Source: Candidatus Poribacteria bacterium
Lineage (GTDB): Bacteria; Poribacteria; WGA-4E; PCPOR2b
Length of the DNA stretch: 64,000 bases
Reading direction: 5' to 3'
NCBI GenBank assembly: GCA_965208325.1
Contig: OZ242326.1
Span: forward strand, 2,016,001-2,080,000
Numbering within the stretch: the first letter of the stretch is position 1; each line of letters starts with the position of its first letter. The position numbers and the translations under genes are program-made. The notes beneath the pieces were generated by a model that worked only from the letters and a program-made list of their open reading frames with translations, had not been told where the DNA came from and did not search any database. Of the stretch, positions 10,071 through 19,870 are shown one piece after another.

Positions 10071-10652
10071 ATTGAAATCTCCCTCCAAATTGAAAAAGTC
10101 AGTTTAATGCGTCCACGTAAAAATTATACTATACAAATGTTTAGTCTGTCCACCTGATTTTCAAATTGTTTTCGGATTTTTTTTCGCCGAAAACTCAAGT
10201 CGGGAAAGGTCTTGCGCCCGCGCAAACATTCTCGGCATGGAGATGGATTCGAATTGTTAAAACATCTCTGCCATCGCCGTTGACTATATTTCGCCATTAT
10301 GACATAATCTTGAAAATCTTTCCGATGGAACGGTAGTTTATCGCAGTGTTTGAAACGTCCAGATAACCCGCCGGGGGGCGTCAGCGCCAGAACGATTCGA
10401 AAAAGAGATTACAATTGGCGTATTTGGATTTCGGATCGGTTTGTTGAATTCGGAAGTTGATAGGGTTGCCGGAGGTTACAAAAGCGTTGGGTTTCGCTCC
10501 GCGTGTATTGACAGCAGCATTATCAGGAATTCGTAACGTTTATTGCTGCCTGACCGTATTGGGATTAACCGCTCTACCCAACCTACAAAAACTAGTTAGG
10601 CAGTTAGCGATTCGCAACCACTAACCCTCTATATGGAGTAAAACACGGAGAG

Positions 10653-10892
10653 TTGAAGTTTACACAATACTTTCTCTACATGCGCCAAAGACCCGATCGC
10701 GCCAAAATTAAGATGGCGTGGATTCAGGAAACCATCGAAAATCCCATTCGTATGGAAACACAAGCAGACAGAAGGATAAGAAAATGGAAAAAAATTGAAG
10801 AAGAGGATAAATACTTGAGGGTAGTTTTGCTGCCTGACGGTGAAACCGTTCATAATGCATTCTTCGACAGAAATTTCAAAGGGGAAATTTAA
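10653..10892 (+). CDS. Putative type II toxin, DUF4258-like (RelE/BrnT-like)
   Basis: 79 aa, basic; YLRVVLLPDGETVHNAFFDR motif; stop overlaps partner start (TAATG). Confidence 0.65.
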   Translation: MKFTQYFLYMRQRPDRAKIKMAWIQETIENPIRMETQADRRIRKWKKIEEEDKYLRVVLLPDGETVHNAFFDRNFKGEI

Positions 10893-11110
10893 TGAAAGTG
10901 AAATACTTCCACGATACGGATACCGCCTTGGTTGAATTCTCAGGGCGTGAAGTGACCGAAACAAAAGAGATAAATGAGAACATCTATATCGATTTGGATG
11001 CCTATGGGAATCTGGTGGCAATGACCATTGAACATGCGCATCAACAGGCAAGTCTTCCCGAACTGTCTTATGAACAGATAGAAGCCCCGACCGCGAATGT
11101 GTCGAATTAG
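10892..11110 (+). CDS. DUF2283 family protein, putative antitoxin
   Basis: 72 aa, acidic; MKVKYFHDTDT...IDLD..GNLV.MTIEHA signature. Confidence 0.75.
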   Translation: MKVKYFHDTDTALVEFSGREVTETKEINENIYIDLDAYGNLVAMTIEHAHQQASLPELSYEQIEAPTANVSN

Positions 11111-11146
11111 ACAATTTACGGTAATTGCCCCAATGCTTTCACTTAA

Positions 11147-11944
11147 CTCTACCCAACCTACAAAACATATGTGTCTAAGAAACCGAGTTTTGAAGAAAAA
11201 ACGCGGTTTCTAATTAGGGTCGAGATTCGGAGATCGCTCCTACAGGATAAAGGAGCTGTCTGAACTGTGATTCGTGTGATTGAATGATGGGCGATGATTA
11301 ATTTGAGTCATTTGGGTGCATATATACACACGGAGTAATTTACAATCGAGGCTGGGAAGCCTCTCCCACAGACGGGTGAGGCAATGAATGATTTCTGGTA
11401 ATCGAACTTGATTGGGTTGCCGAAGTTTTTTAAGACAGAAGACTGTAGGAAAACTATCGCCCTCCCTATTTGGTCGGTTGATCGTTGGGTTTCGCTCTGT
11501 GAGAATTGACAGCAGCAGCATCAGGAGTTCGTAACGTTAATTGCTGCCTGACCGTATTGGGATTATCCGCTCTACCCAACCTACAAAAAATTTGTGTCTA
11601 AGAAACCGAGTTTTGAAGAAAAAACGCGGTTTCAAATAAGGGTCGCGAGTCGGAGATTGCTCCTACAGGATAAAGGAGCTGTCTGAACTGTGATTCGAGT
11701 GATTAAATGATGGGCGATGATTAATTTGAGTCATTTGGTACATATATACACACGGAGTAATTTACAATCGAGGCTGGGAAGCCTCTCCCACAGACCGGCG
11801 AGGCAATGAATAATTTCTGTAATCGAACTTGAACGGGTTGCCGAAGATATTTAAGACAGAAGACTGTAGGAAAACTATCGCCCGCCCTATTCCGTCGGTT
11901 GACCCTTCGCTATTCGCTCAGTTGATCTCTACCTAACCTACAAA
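11147..11944. repeat. ~423-bp tandem duplication built from REP-like modules
   Basis: 11147-11569 repeats at 11570-~11903; contains gaaaccgag hairpin, ggagatcgctcctac, gaggctgggaagcctctcccac and ctctacccaacctac; 11484-11587 also matches 10485-10590. Confidence 0.85.
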
Positions 11945-12338
11945 GACTATTACCATGTTATGGCGGATATTGAAAATTTTGAATAGGGTTACCTTTCTGC
12001 TAAGCGTTCTCAACAACCTGAAACGGCGGAGGTTGGGTCGGCTGCTCTGGTGGGGCGTCTCGAACCCGAGACTGACTAGAACGGGAGGACGGTTAACGTA
12101 CTTTAGGAGTAGGCTCAGATTCATATCGCGCGGTTGGCGGCGGATGCGCAGAAAGCTGTCGCGCTCATGAAATAGTTAAGACTTACGTAGTGGAGTTTGT
12201 AGCGGCGGAATGTTTTGCGCGTCCGGCAGGCCGTGCACGTCCTTGGCCTGATATATCGTTTTATGTAGTAACGGGGGATGAATTGCCTTACTACGAACCT
12301 TTAGACGTTAACTAAGTACCTCCAAATAGTTTTAACAA

Positions 12339-12367
12339 TTGCGTTCCAATTTGGAGTTGGATATAAT
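12339..12367 (+). promoter_or_regulatory. Putative sigma70 promoter for the VOC-gpsA operon
   Basis: TTGCGT-N17-TATAAT. Confidence 0.5.
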
Positions 12368-12477
12368 AAGAAGAAACTGCAGCACAAAAAGAGGAGGTGC
12401 GGTTTCCACCCCGTCCTAGTCAATGCCGAACTTCGAGAATCAAATGATTTGGACGAGATTCCTACCGCGAAGAGTAG

Positions 12478-12882
12478 ATGATAAAAGGAATGTGGAACTA
12501 CGGCGTCAAAGTCGAAAATATTGAAGAAACCACGGAATTTTACACCCGCTATATGGGCGCAGAAGTGCGTATTCAAAGCGAAGTTTTGGGGTGTCAATAT
12601 ACGCTGATTCGCATGGGCGAGACGCGAATAATTCTCTTCGACAAAGCCCCCTATGAAGATGACATGGGTCTGAACCTGCCGCTGGGCTTTCTGCACGTCG
12701 TCTACGAAACGGACGACTTCGAAGCTGAAATAGCGAAGCTGCGCGAATCGGGTGTGAATTTCATCATGGGGCCCATGGTCATTGAAAGCGACTTCGGCAA
12801 ACGGAAGTTTGCATTTTTTGAAGCACCCGACGGCATCCGTACCGAAGTCATGCAGGTGTACGAAGACACGGGAATCGCATGA
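12478..12882 (+). CDS. VOC/glyoxalase family protein
   Basis: V.NIEE..EFY...MG, GFLHVVYETDD and FF.APDG...E motifs. Confidence 0.85.
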   Translation: MIKGMWNYGVKVENIEETTEFYTRYMGAEVRIQSEVLGCQYTLIRMGETRIILFDKAPYEDDMGLNLPLGFLHVVYETDDFEAEIAKLRESGVNFIMGPMVIESDFGKRKFAFFEAPDGIRTEVMQVYEDTGIA

Positions 12883-12988
12883 CACCGCTCCAGAACCCAT
12901 AGAGACAACCCGTAAATCTGCCAGATAAACTGTTACACCTGCCGCAGTTCGGCAAAATAGAACGCAGCAACGAGAAAGGAAGCATTGA

Positions 12989-13450
12989 ATGAGGGTTAAC
13001 GGCATCCATCACGTGACGCTTCTTGTGGATGATGAAGAGCGCGCCGCTTGGTTTTACGGCGAGGTTTTGGGATTGAAAGAAAAATCGCGTCCCAGTTTCA
13101 AGTTTCCCGGCATTTTTTATACCTCCGGAAACCAAGAAATTCACATCATCATCGCTTCACGTCCGCTCTCCTATGAAGACCTGTACATTGACATTGGCGG
13201 CGTATCCGACATTACCCGCCGCCACATCCATCGCCATGTAGCGCTAGCGGTTTCCGATTGGGACGGGCTTGAAGCGCGTTTGGAGGAGAACGGCGTCGAA
13301 ATCCTATTTGGCCCCAATCGTGTTGAGCCCGACGATGAACTCTCACGGAACATGATTGACGGATGGATGCGGATGTACGGCGGCGTACCCGTCTTTTGTT
13401 TAGACCCTTTCAAAAACCTGGTTGAACTTGTCCCGATCGGGTTGGAGTGA
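12989..13450 (+). CDS. VOC/glyoxalase family protein
   Basis: IHHVTLLV.D.ERA..FY..VLGL, RHVALAV and DPFKNLVEL motifs. Confidence 0.85.
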   Translation: MRVNGIHHVTLLVDDEERAAWFYGEVLGLKEKSRPSFKFPGIFYTSGNQEIHIIIASRPLSYEDLYIDIGGVSDITRRHIHRHVALAVSDWDGLEARLEENGVEILFGPNRVEPDDELSRNMIDGWMRMYGGVPVFCLDPFKNLVELVPIGLE

Positions 13451-13507
13451 GATTGAGTCAGAAACGCAAAACGTCTTAAATGCTGGATTCTGACAGATAA
13501 GAAGGTT

Positions 13508-14527
13508 GTGATTATGTCCGCAAACATCCAAAAGATTTTTGTCGCCGGGGGCGGGGCTTGGGGTACGACGGTCGCAAATCTGCTTGCTGAAAAGGGGTTA
13601 AAGGTCTCTATCTGGGCGCGCGAGGCGTGGTTGACACGCCATATTGCGGAACATAAAGACAATCCCAAGTATCTCCCGGGCGTTTCATTACATAAAAATC
13701 TACACGCTGCGCACAGCATATCGGAGGGCATGCACAATGCAGGGTTGATTATCTACGCCATTCCCGCCCAATCCTTGCGCGGCGTAGTTCAACAGACACA
13801 GCCCTACCTTCAAGAAGAGGTCATCTTGCTCAACCTTGCGAAAGGTATTGAAGAGGGAACGGGGCTGCGCTGCTCTGAGATTGTTCAGCAGGAAACGAAC
13901 GGGGTTCATCCAATTGCAGCGTTGTCGGGTCCGAACATCGCTTATGAAATTGCCCGGAAAATCCCATCAAAGACGGTCGTGTCGTGCAACAATTACCGAT
14001 ACCTCGGTATACTCCGGGATTTGTTCTCGACACCGCATCTGAAGGTCTACGAAAACCCGGATTTGGTGGGTACCGAGTTAGGCGGCGCATTAAAGAACAT
14101 CGTTGCAATCATGGGGGGAATCGGCGACGGACTCGGATTCGGCGTCAACACAAAGGCGGCGATTATCACGCGGGGACTAAGAGAGATGATTAAGGCCGGT
14201 ACGATGATGGGCGCAAATCCGGACACCTTCTTCGGATTGTCCGGCATTGGTGACCTGATGGCGACGTGCTTGAGCCCCCACAGCCGGAATCGGACGTTGG
14301 GTGAAAACTTAGGGCGCGGCATGGCGCTTGAAGAGGCGGAAGCTGCACTGAATGGCCGTGTCGCCGAAGGCATACGGACAGCGAAGGCGCTTTATGAGGT
14401 GAAGGGCGAATTGAACCTCGAAATGCCGATCGTGGACCAGTTGTACCGAGTGTTATACAAGGGGCAGCTACCGAGTGAAGGCTATCTCGCCATCTGGAAC
14501 CCCGGCGAAGCACATGAACTGAATTGA
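13508..14527 (+). CDS. gpsA: NAD(P)H-dependent glycerol-3-phosphate dehydrogenase
   Basis: GGGAWGT, KGIE, LSGPN, GGALKN, GLSGIGDL..TC....SRN and AEG motifs. Confidence 0.95.
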   Translation: MIMSANIQKIFVAGGGAWGTTVANLLAEKGLKVSIWAREAWLTRHIAEHKDNPKYLPGVSLHKNLHAAHSISEGMHNAGLIIYAIPAQSLRGVVQQTQPYLQEEVILLNLAKGIEEGTGLRCSEIVQQETNGVHPIAALSGPNIAYEIARKIPSKTVVSCNNYRYLGILRDLFSTPHLKVYENPDLVGTELGGALKNIVAIMGGIGDGLGFGVNTKAAIITRGLREMIKAGTMMGANPDTFFGLSGIGDLMATCLSPHSRNRTLGENLGRGMALEEAEAALNGRVAEGIRTAKALYEVKGELNLEMPIVDQLYRVLYKGQLPSEGYLAIWNPGEAHELN

Positions 14528-14537
14528 GGGGCGAGGG

Positions 14538-15296
14538 ATGTCAGCGACGATTGGAATCATCTTGGCGGCTGGCGTCGGTTCACGCCTGCGGCCGATGACG
14601 AATCAGGTGCCGAAATGCCTGATCCCGGTGGCTGGAATCCCAATCCTTCAACGGCAAATCGAAGCGATGCTGGCTTGCGGCATCCGAAAAATCGTTGTGG
14701 TTGCCGGCTATAAGTGCAATCTGGTCGTCAGTTTTTGCCGGCGTTATTCGGAAACCGTCAGGGTGGTAATCAAGGAGGAGTATGCGAACACGAACAACAT
14801 GTATTCGTTCTATACGGCGGCTCAAAATATTGGTGAGGCGCCCGTAATGTTATGCAACGGAGATGTTGTTTTTGATTGTGAAATAATATCATCGCTGTTG
14901 AAATCGGACTGGGGTAATCTTATATGCGTGCAGCCCAACCAGTACATTGAAGAAGCGATGAAAGTGTCCGTCGATTCACAAGGCAGGGTGCTTGAATTGA
15001 GCAAAGCGGTTCCCGCTTCCAGCGCTTTTGGGGTTTCAATTGATGTGTATAAATTCTGCCCTACTGCGTTTAAAGAAATTGTGAAAATAGCAACTCGAAC
15101 CATCGTTGACGAGGGGAAAAGAAACCTGTGGACCGAGGTCGCAATTAACGAAGCGTTGCAACGCATAGAGTTTAGGACGTTTGACATTGGAACACATCGT
15201 TGGGTCGAGATTGACAATTTCGCTGATCTGAAAGGCGCAAATGAATCATTCGCACCTACCGGCTGTAGTCATTCGGGAGATATTAACCCAGCTTGA
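14538..15296 (+). CDS. Nucleotidyltransferase, LicC/phosphocholine cytidylyltransferase-like
   Basis: ILAAGVGSRL.P.T...PKCL, TNNMYS, NGD and WVEID motifs. Confidence 0.85.
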   Translation: MSATIGIILAAGVGSRLRPMTNQVPKCLIPVAGIPILQRQIEAMLACGIRKIVVVAGYKCNLVVSFCRRYSETVRVVIKEEYANTNNMYSFYTAAQNIGEAPVMLCNGDVVFDCEIISSLLKSDWGNLICVQPNQYIEEAMKVSVDSQGRVLELSKAVPASSAFGVSIDVYKFCPTAFKEIVKIATRTIVDEGKRNLWTEVAINEALQRIEFRTFDIGTHRWVEIDNFADLKGANESFAPTGCSHSGDINPA

Positions 15297-16065
15297 AGGG
15301 TTTCTCATAGATCTTGACGGGACGACATTTTTAGGCGATGACTTAATTCCAGGCGCCCTAATGTTCGTTGAAATCCTGCAAAAATTGGGGAAACCACATT
15401 TATTCTTGACGAACAACTCTTCTGAGTCGGCGCACACATATGTGGAAAAGCTGCGCCGCCTCGGAATTGATGCGCAGGATGGAAGCGTCTTAACCTCCGG
15501 CGATGCCACAGCCATGTATCTTGCGGACGCGGGATATACCAGGTTATTTGTTTTGGGGACGCCGAGTTTTGAAAATGAGCTAAAAGAATTTGGATTTATC
15601 CTCACATCTGAGCGTCCGGATTGCGTTGTTCTTGGATTCGATAAAACACTGAATTATCAAAAGCTCGAGATTGCAACGGATTTAATCCGTCGGAAAATTC
15701 CGTTTGTCGCAACCCATCCAGATAAGGTCTGCCCTACGGAAGACGGTTTTATTCCAGACTGCGGTGCGATTGCAGCGCTGCTTTCGGCTGCGACTGATGT
15801 CGATCCACTTGTCATCGGAAAACCCAAGCCGCAAATGGTTCAGATGGCGCTGAAGCGTTTGAATCTCGACTCGCGAAAGATCGCCATAATCGGCGACAGG
15901 CTGTACACGGATATACGAATGGGACGCGACGCCGGACTCGTAACGGTGCTTGTACTCTCCGGTGAGACTACGCCCGAAATGCTTCTGTCGGAAATTGAGA
16001 TGCGACCCCTTATCGTTGTAGAGCGCCTCGGGACACTATGCGGTTATTTATTGAATCTGTATTAG
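15241..16065 (+). CDS. HAD-IIA (NagD-like) phosphatase
   Basis: DLDGT, FLTNNS, GKP and IGDRLYTDI..G motifs. Confidence 0.9.
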   Translation: MNHSHLPAVVIREILTQLEGFLIDLDGTTFLGDDLIPGALMFVEILQKLGKPHLFLTNNSSESAHTYVEKLRRLGIDAQDGSVLTSGDATAMYLADAGYTRLFVLGTPSFENELKEFGFILTSERPDCVVLGFDKTLNYQKLEIATDLIRRKIPFVATHPDKVCPTEDGFIPDCGAIAALLSAATDVDPLVIGKPKPQMVQMALKRLNLDSRKIAIIGDRLYTDIRMGRDAGLVTVLVLSGETTPEMLLSEIEMRPLIVVERLGTLCGYLLNLY

Positions 16066-18101
16066 TTCGGTTAAAGACACCGAGTTTTCAAATGAGGGTC
16101 GCGATTCGGAGATCGCTCTTGCGGCGCGCGGGTGGAATTGGAAGGATGGAAGATTGGATGGGATTCCGATTTTAGATGATGGGTTCGTATTGTTTAAAAA
16201 TTGGGTTAGGTTCAGCTCGGGATTAGGGACGGTGTTCGTAATTGGCAATCAATTCGGATGGGAGAGGTTTTAAAAGCGTTGGGTTTCGCTACAACCATCG
16301 GATTTTGTACACGGATAGATTGACGGGAGCGGTTGGTTTTACTGGGCGATTATTGGATGAACCCGCTCTACCCAACCTACAAAAACTTGTCCACAAACTA
16401 AGATTAGAAGAAACCGAGTTTTGAAGAAAAAACTCGGTTTCAAATAAAGTCCGCAATTTGGAGATCGCTCTTGCGGTGCGCGGGTGGAATTGGAAGGATG
16501 GAAGATTGGATGGGATTCCGATTTTAGAGGATGGGTTCGTATTGTTTAAAAATTGGGTTAGGTTCAGCGCGGGATTAGGGACGGTGTTCGTAATTGGCAA
16601 TCAATTCGGATGGGAGAGGTTTTAAAAGCGTTGGGTTTCGCTACAACCATCGGATTTTGTACACGGATAGATTGACGGGAGCGGTTGGTTTTACTGGGCG
16701 ATTATTGGATGAACCCGCTCTACCCAACCTACAAAAACTTGTCCACAAACTAAGATTAGAAGAAACCGAGTTTTGAAGAAAAAAACTCGGTTTAAAATAA
16801 ACGCCGCGATTCGGAGATCGCTCCTGCGGTGCGCGGGTGGAATCGGAAGGATGGAAGGTTGGAAGGGATTCCGATTTTCGAGGATGGGTTCGTATTGTTT
16901 AAAAATTGGGTTAGGTTCAGCGCGGGATTAGGGACGGTGTTCGTGATTGGCAATCAATTCGGATGGGAGAGGTTTTAAAAGCGTTGGGTTTCGCTACAAC
17001 CATCGGAATTTGTACACGGATAGATTGACGGGAGCGGTTGGTTTTACTGGGCGATTATTGGATGAACCCGCTCTACCCAACCTACAAAAACTTGTCCACA
17101 AACTAAGATTAGGAGAAACCGAGTTTTGAAGAAAAAACTCGGTTTCAAATAATAGCCGCGATTCGGAGATCGCTCTTGCGGTGCGCGGGTGGAATTGGAA
17201 GGATGGAAGATTGGAAGGGATTCCGATTTTCGATGACGGGTTCGTATTGTTTAAAAATTGGGTTAGGTTCAGCTCGGGATTAGGAACGGTGTTCGTGATT
17301 GGCAATCAATTCGGATGGGAGAGGTTTTAAAAGCGTTGGGTTTCGCTACAACCATCGAATCTTGTACACGGATAGATTGACGGGAGCGGTTGGTTTTAAT
17401 GGGCGATTATTGGATGAACCCGCTCTACCCAACCTACAAGAGCTTGTCCACGAACTAAGATTAGGAGAAACCGAGTTTTGAAGAAAAAACTCGGTTTCAA
17501 ATAAAGTCCGCAATTTGGAGATTGCTCCTGCGGTGCGCGGGTGGAATTGGAAGGATGGAAGAAAGGGAGCGCATGAACATTCGGTGTTGAAGGGTAGGTG
17601 GATTGCGTAAGTCTTACGCTTTAATGGCCAAGCATGATTGTTTAAAAATTGGGTTAGGTTCAGCTTGGGATTAGGGACGGTGTTCGTGATTCGCAATCAA
17701 TTCGGATGGGAGAGGTTTTAAAAGCGTTGGGTTTCGCTTCAACCATCGGCATTTGTACACGGATAGATTGACGGGAGCGGTTGGTTTTACTGGGCGATTA
17801 TTGGATGAACCCGCTCTACCCAACCTACAAAAACTTGTCCACAAACTAAGATTAGGAGAAACCGAGTTTTGAAGAAATAGTATCAAATGACCTGATGATA
17901 GTTGGAATGCGCGTGGTTACTGACTTCGAGCCATCATCAAATGAGCGAGTTATGTTGGCTTAATTAGCTTATCCGTCAAGAAATTCATTTGGTTTGGCTA
18001 GAAGCGTGACAAAGTATACCAAAATGGCTATGGCGTGCCAAGCCGATGCCAAAGAAAGAGACGTTGTTTTCCCATGTCTAAGCAATAATAGGCGTATGCT
18101 G

Positions 18102-18995
18102 TCATTGCAAGTCTCCTGTAGGTTTGGAACTGGACGGCACGGTGTTATCTTTGCCGTCTTCCAAGTTTGCGTTGATGTCATTCAGCGAATGTTGAGGAAT
18201 TAGGTCGAGATATTGAGAGATGACGCGCTTGGAAAGTTTGGTAATCTGAGAGATTTTGTCAATGTCATCGGTAGCGGTGCGAACAATCTTAACGGACTCA
18301 TAATCATGGATGTATCGGTCAACAGCTTCTTTGGAGTGCTTGGTTTTGGCAGCAATGGTCGGAGTCAGGTGCCCTTGTAGATAAAGGGTAATAATCTCCT
18401 TCTTGTGTGTAATTGCCGCCGATAAATCGTGAATGTTGCCGCGAGTGGGCAAGATTTTTCCACTGGTGCTTTGCCACTCGTTGACATACTCACTCACTAC
18501 TGGGTCGCGGACGTTGAGCAACACAGCCAGGTCTAGTTGAGTCAACAATGCCCCTTGGTCATAGGCTTGATAACACCATCGCACCAATCGATGAATTCTG
18601 AGTTCACGAGAGCTGAAGCCGCTGTAATAGTGTTCAATGTCCTCGGGGGCCACAAAGCTTAAAACCACAGGCTTCATGCGGGTTTTAACGATTGACTTGG
18701 CTCTCTGTGGATATTCGTCAATCGGCACAGCCATCCAAACCAGTTGACCATAGCTAAGCATTCGTTCATCAGGAAGTTGTTCTCCAGCGGCGAGTTTATC
18801 AAGTGGCAAGCGAATCAGGAAATAGTCTTCAATAGTTTTGACGATGTCATCGACAATGGCTTTGGCAGTCACTTCGCCTTTGTCATACCCATAGGAATTG
18901 ATAAAGCGATGAATCAGCAACTGCCGCAACGATTTATCATTGATACGTCTGATTTTCTTCTCGTTGATTTCGGTTCGAGTCAATGATTTACTCAT
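18102..18995 (-). CDS. DUF1670-like protein B
   Basis: AYDQGALLTQLDLAVLL, PTRG..HD, THK..II.LYL.G and HS..AV.RY motifs; ATGA overlap with upstream gene. Confidence 0.8.
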   Translation of the reverse strand: MSKSLTRTEINEKKIRRINDKSLRQLLIHRFINSYGYDKGEVTAKAIVDDIVKTIEDYFLIRLPLDKLAAGEQLPDERMLSYGQLVWMAVPIDEYPQRAKSIVKTRMKPVVLSFVAPEDIEHYYSGFSSRELRIHRLVRWCYQAYDQGALLTQLDLAVLLNVRDPVVSEYVNEWQSTSGKILPTRGNIHDLSAAITHKKEIITLYLQGHLTPTIAAKTKHSKEAVDRYIHDYESVKIVRTATDDIDKISQITKLSKRVISQYLDLIPQHSLNDINANLEDGKDNTVPSSSKPTGDLQ

Positions 18996-19792
18996 GAGTT
19001 TTCCCCCTTTTTTTCATCAACGGGTTCAGGATGAAGTAAAGTCGTCATTCGCTCTGTATGTTCGTATTTATCATACAGGGAGAGATACTCACGAATCAAT
19101 CGGTCAGAGAGATGGGTGATGAGCCGTATCTGTTCCTTTGGAAAGTCTTGATGATGGAGGGTTGCTACCTGAGTGAAATTACGCAAGTATCTCAACACGG
19201 CGCGTTCGGTGTGGTTCGTCTTTCGCTCAATGTCGGTGAATTGATAGCCTTTAAAGTACAGTTCTAGGATTTGGGTTTTATGAGAGATGCCGGGGCCCAT
19301 GTCGTGTTTGGCGCCGCGAGTCATTACAAAAAACCCTTGCTGTTTCAACTGTCGAATGTCTCGTTTGACGGTCGCCGGGCTGGTGGTTAATAGCACCGCT
19401 AAATCTTCATAGCTGAGCAAAGCGTCTTGGTCATAGGCTTGTTTGGTTAACCGTAAGATTCGATGTCGTCTGAGTCCTGCAAGTCCATAGTTGGCTAACA
19501 CCTCAAGATCGGTGTGCACATCATTGAGGGTGAGTTGGCAGGAGACCTTTTTGGCTAAGGCAATGTGTTTACCTGCGGGTTCGTCGGCGGCTACGGCTTC
19601 ATAGCAGATTTGGCCTGATGTGAGTTTAATATCGGCGTGTTGGGCAAAGTAGGAAGAAATCTGATTATAGTAGGCTTCGGCAAGGATAGGCATCAGATTG
19701 AAGTCTGACGCAATCTTCTGAATAATTGCCGCTCTCGCCGTCTTTGATTCCAGACGATTGATACCGTAGTTTGAATGACTTTGTGGTTTCAT
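18992..19792 (-). CDS. DUF1670-like protein A (paralog of B)
   Basis: AYDQDALLSYEDLAVLL..S..TV.RD (HTH-like), TRG..HD, SHK and HT..AV.RY; GGAGG RBS supports ATG at 19792. Confidence 0.8.
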   Translation of the reverse strand: MKPQSHSNYGINRLESKTARAAIIQKIASDFNLMPILAEAYYNQISSYFAQHADIKLTSGQICYEAVAADEPAGKHIALAKKVSCQLTLNDVHTDLEVLANYGLAGLRRHRILRLTKQAYDQDALLSYEDLAVLLTTSPATVKRDIRQLKQQGFFVMTRGAKHDMGPGISHKTQILELYFKGYQFTDIERKTNHTERAVLRYLRNFTQVATLHHQDFPKEQIRLITHLSDRLIREYLSLYDKYEHTERMTTLLHPEPVDEKKGENS

Positions 19793-19841
19793 AATGACCT
19801 CCATGGATTCATGGTAATTGATGGAAATAACATCTGTTATC

Positions 19842-19870
19842 AGTTTAACTCATGGGGTCATTTGATACAA
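19842..19870 (-). promoter_or_regulatory. Putative inward promoter overlapping the terminal inverted repeat
   Basis: Minus strand TTGTAT-N17-TAAACT about 50 nt upstream of gene A. Confidence 0.5.

Noticed and set aside
11955..12170. Arg-rich 71-aa ORF
   Set aside because: No RBS or recognisable motif; may be real but cannot be supported from sequence alone.
16077..17877. CRISPR array
   Set aside because: Units are about 352 bp and near-identical throughout, with no unique spacers and no cas genes.
16242..17886. Repeated 60-aa plus-strand and 103/116-aa minus-strand ORFs in the array
   Set aside because: No RBS, weak start codons, they run through palindromes and are broken by indels in some units; by-products of the repeat.
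18102..19792. Assignment to a known IS family (DDE, IS110, IS200/605, IS607)
   Set aside because: No DDE, DEDD, HUH or serine recombinase motif recognisable by eye, and no unambiguous target-site duplication because of the A-run.
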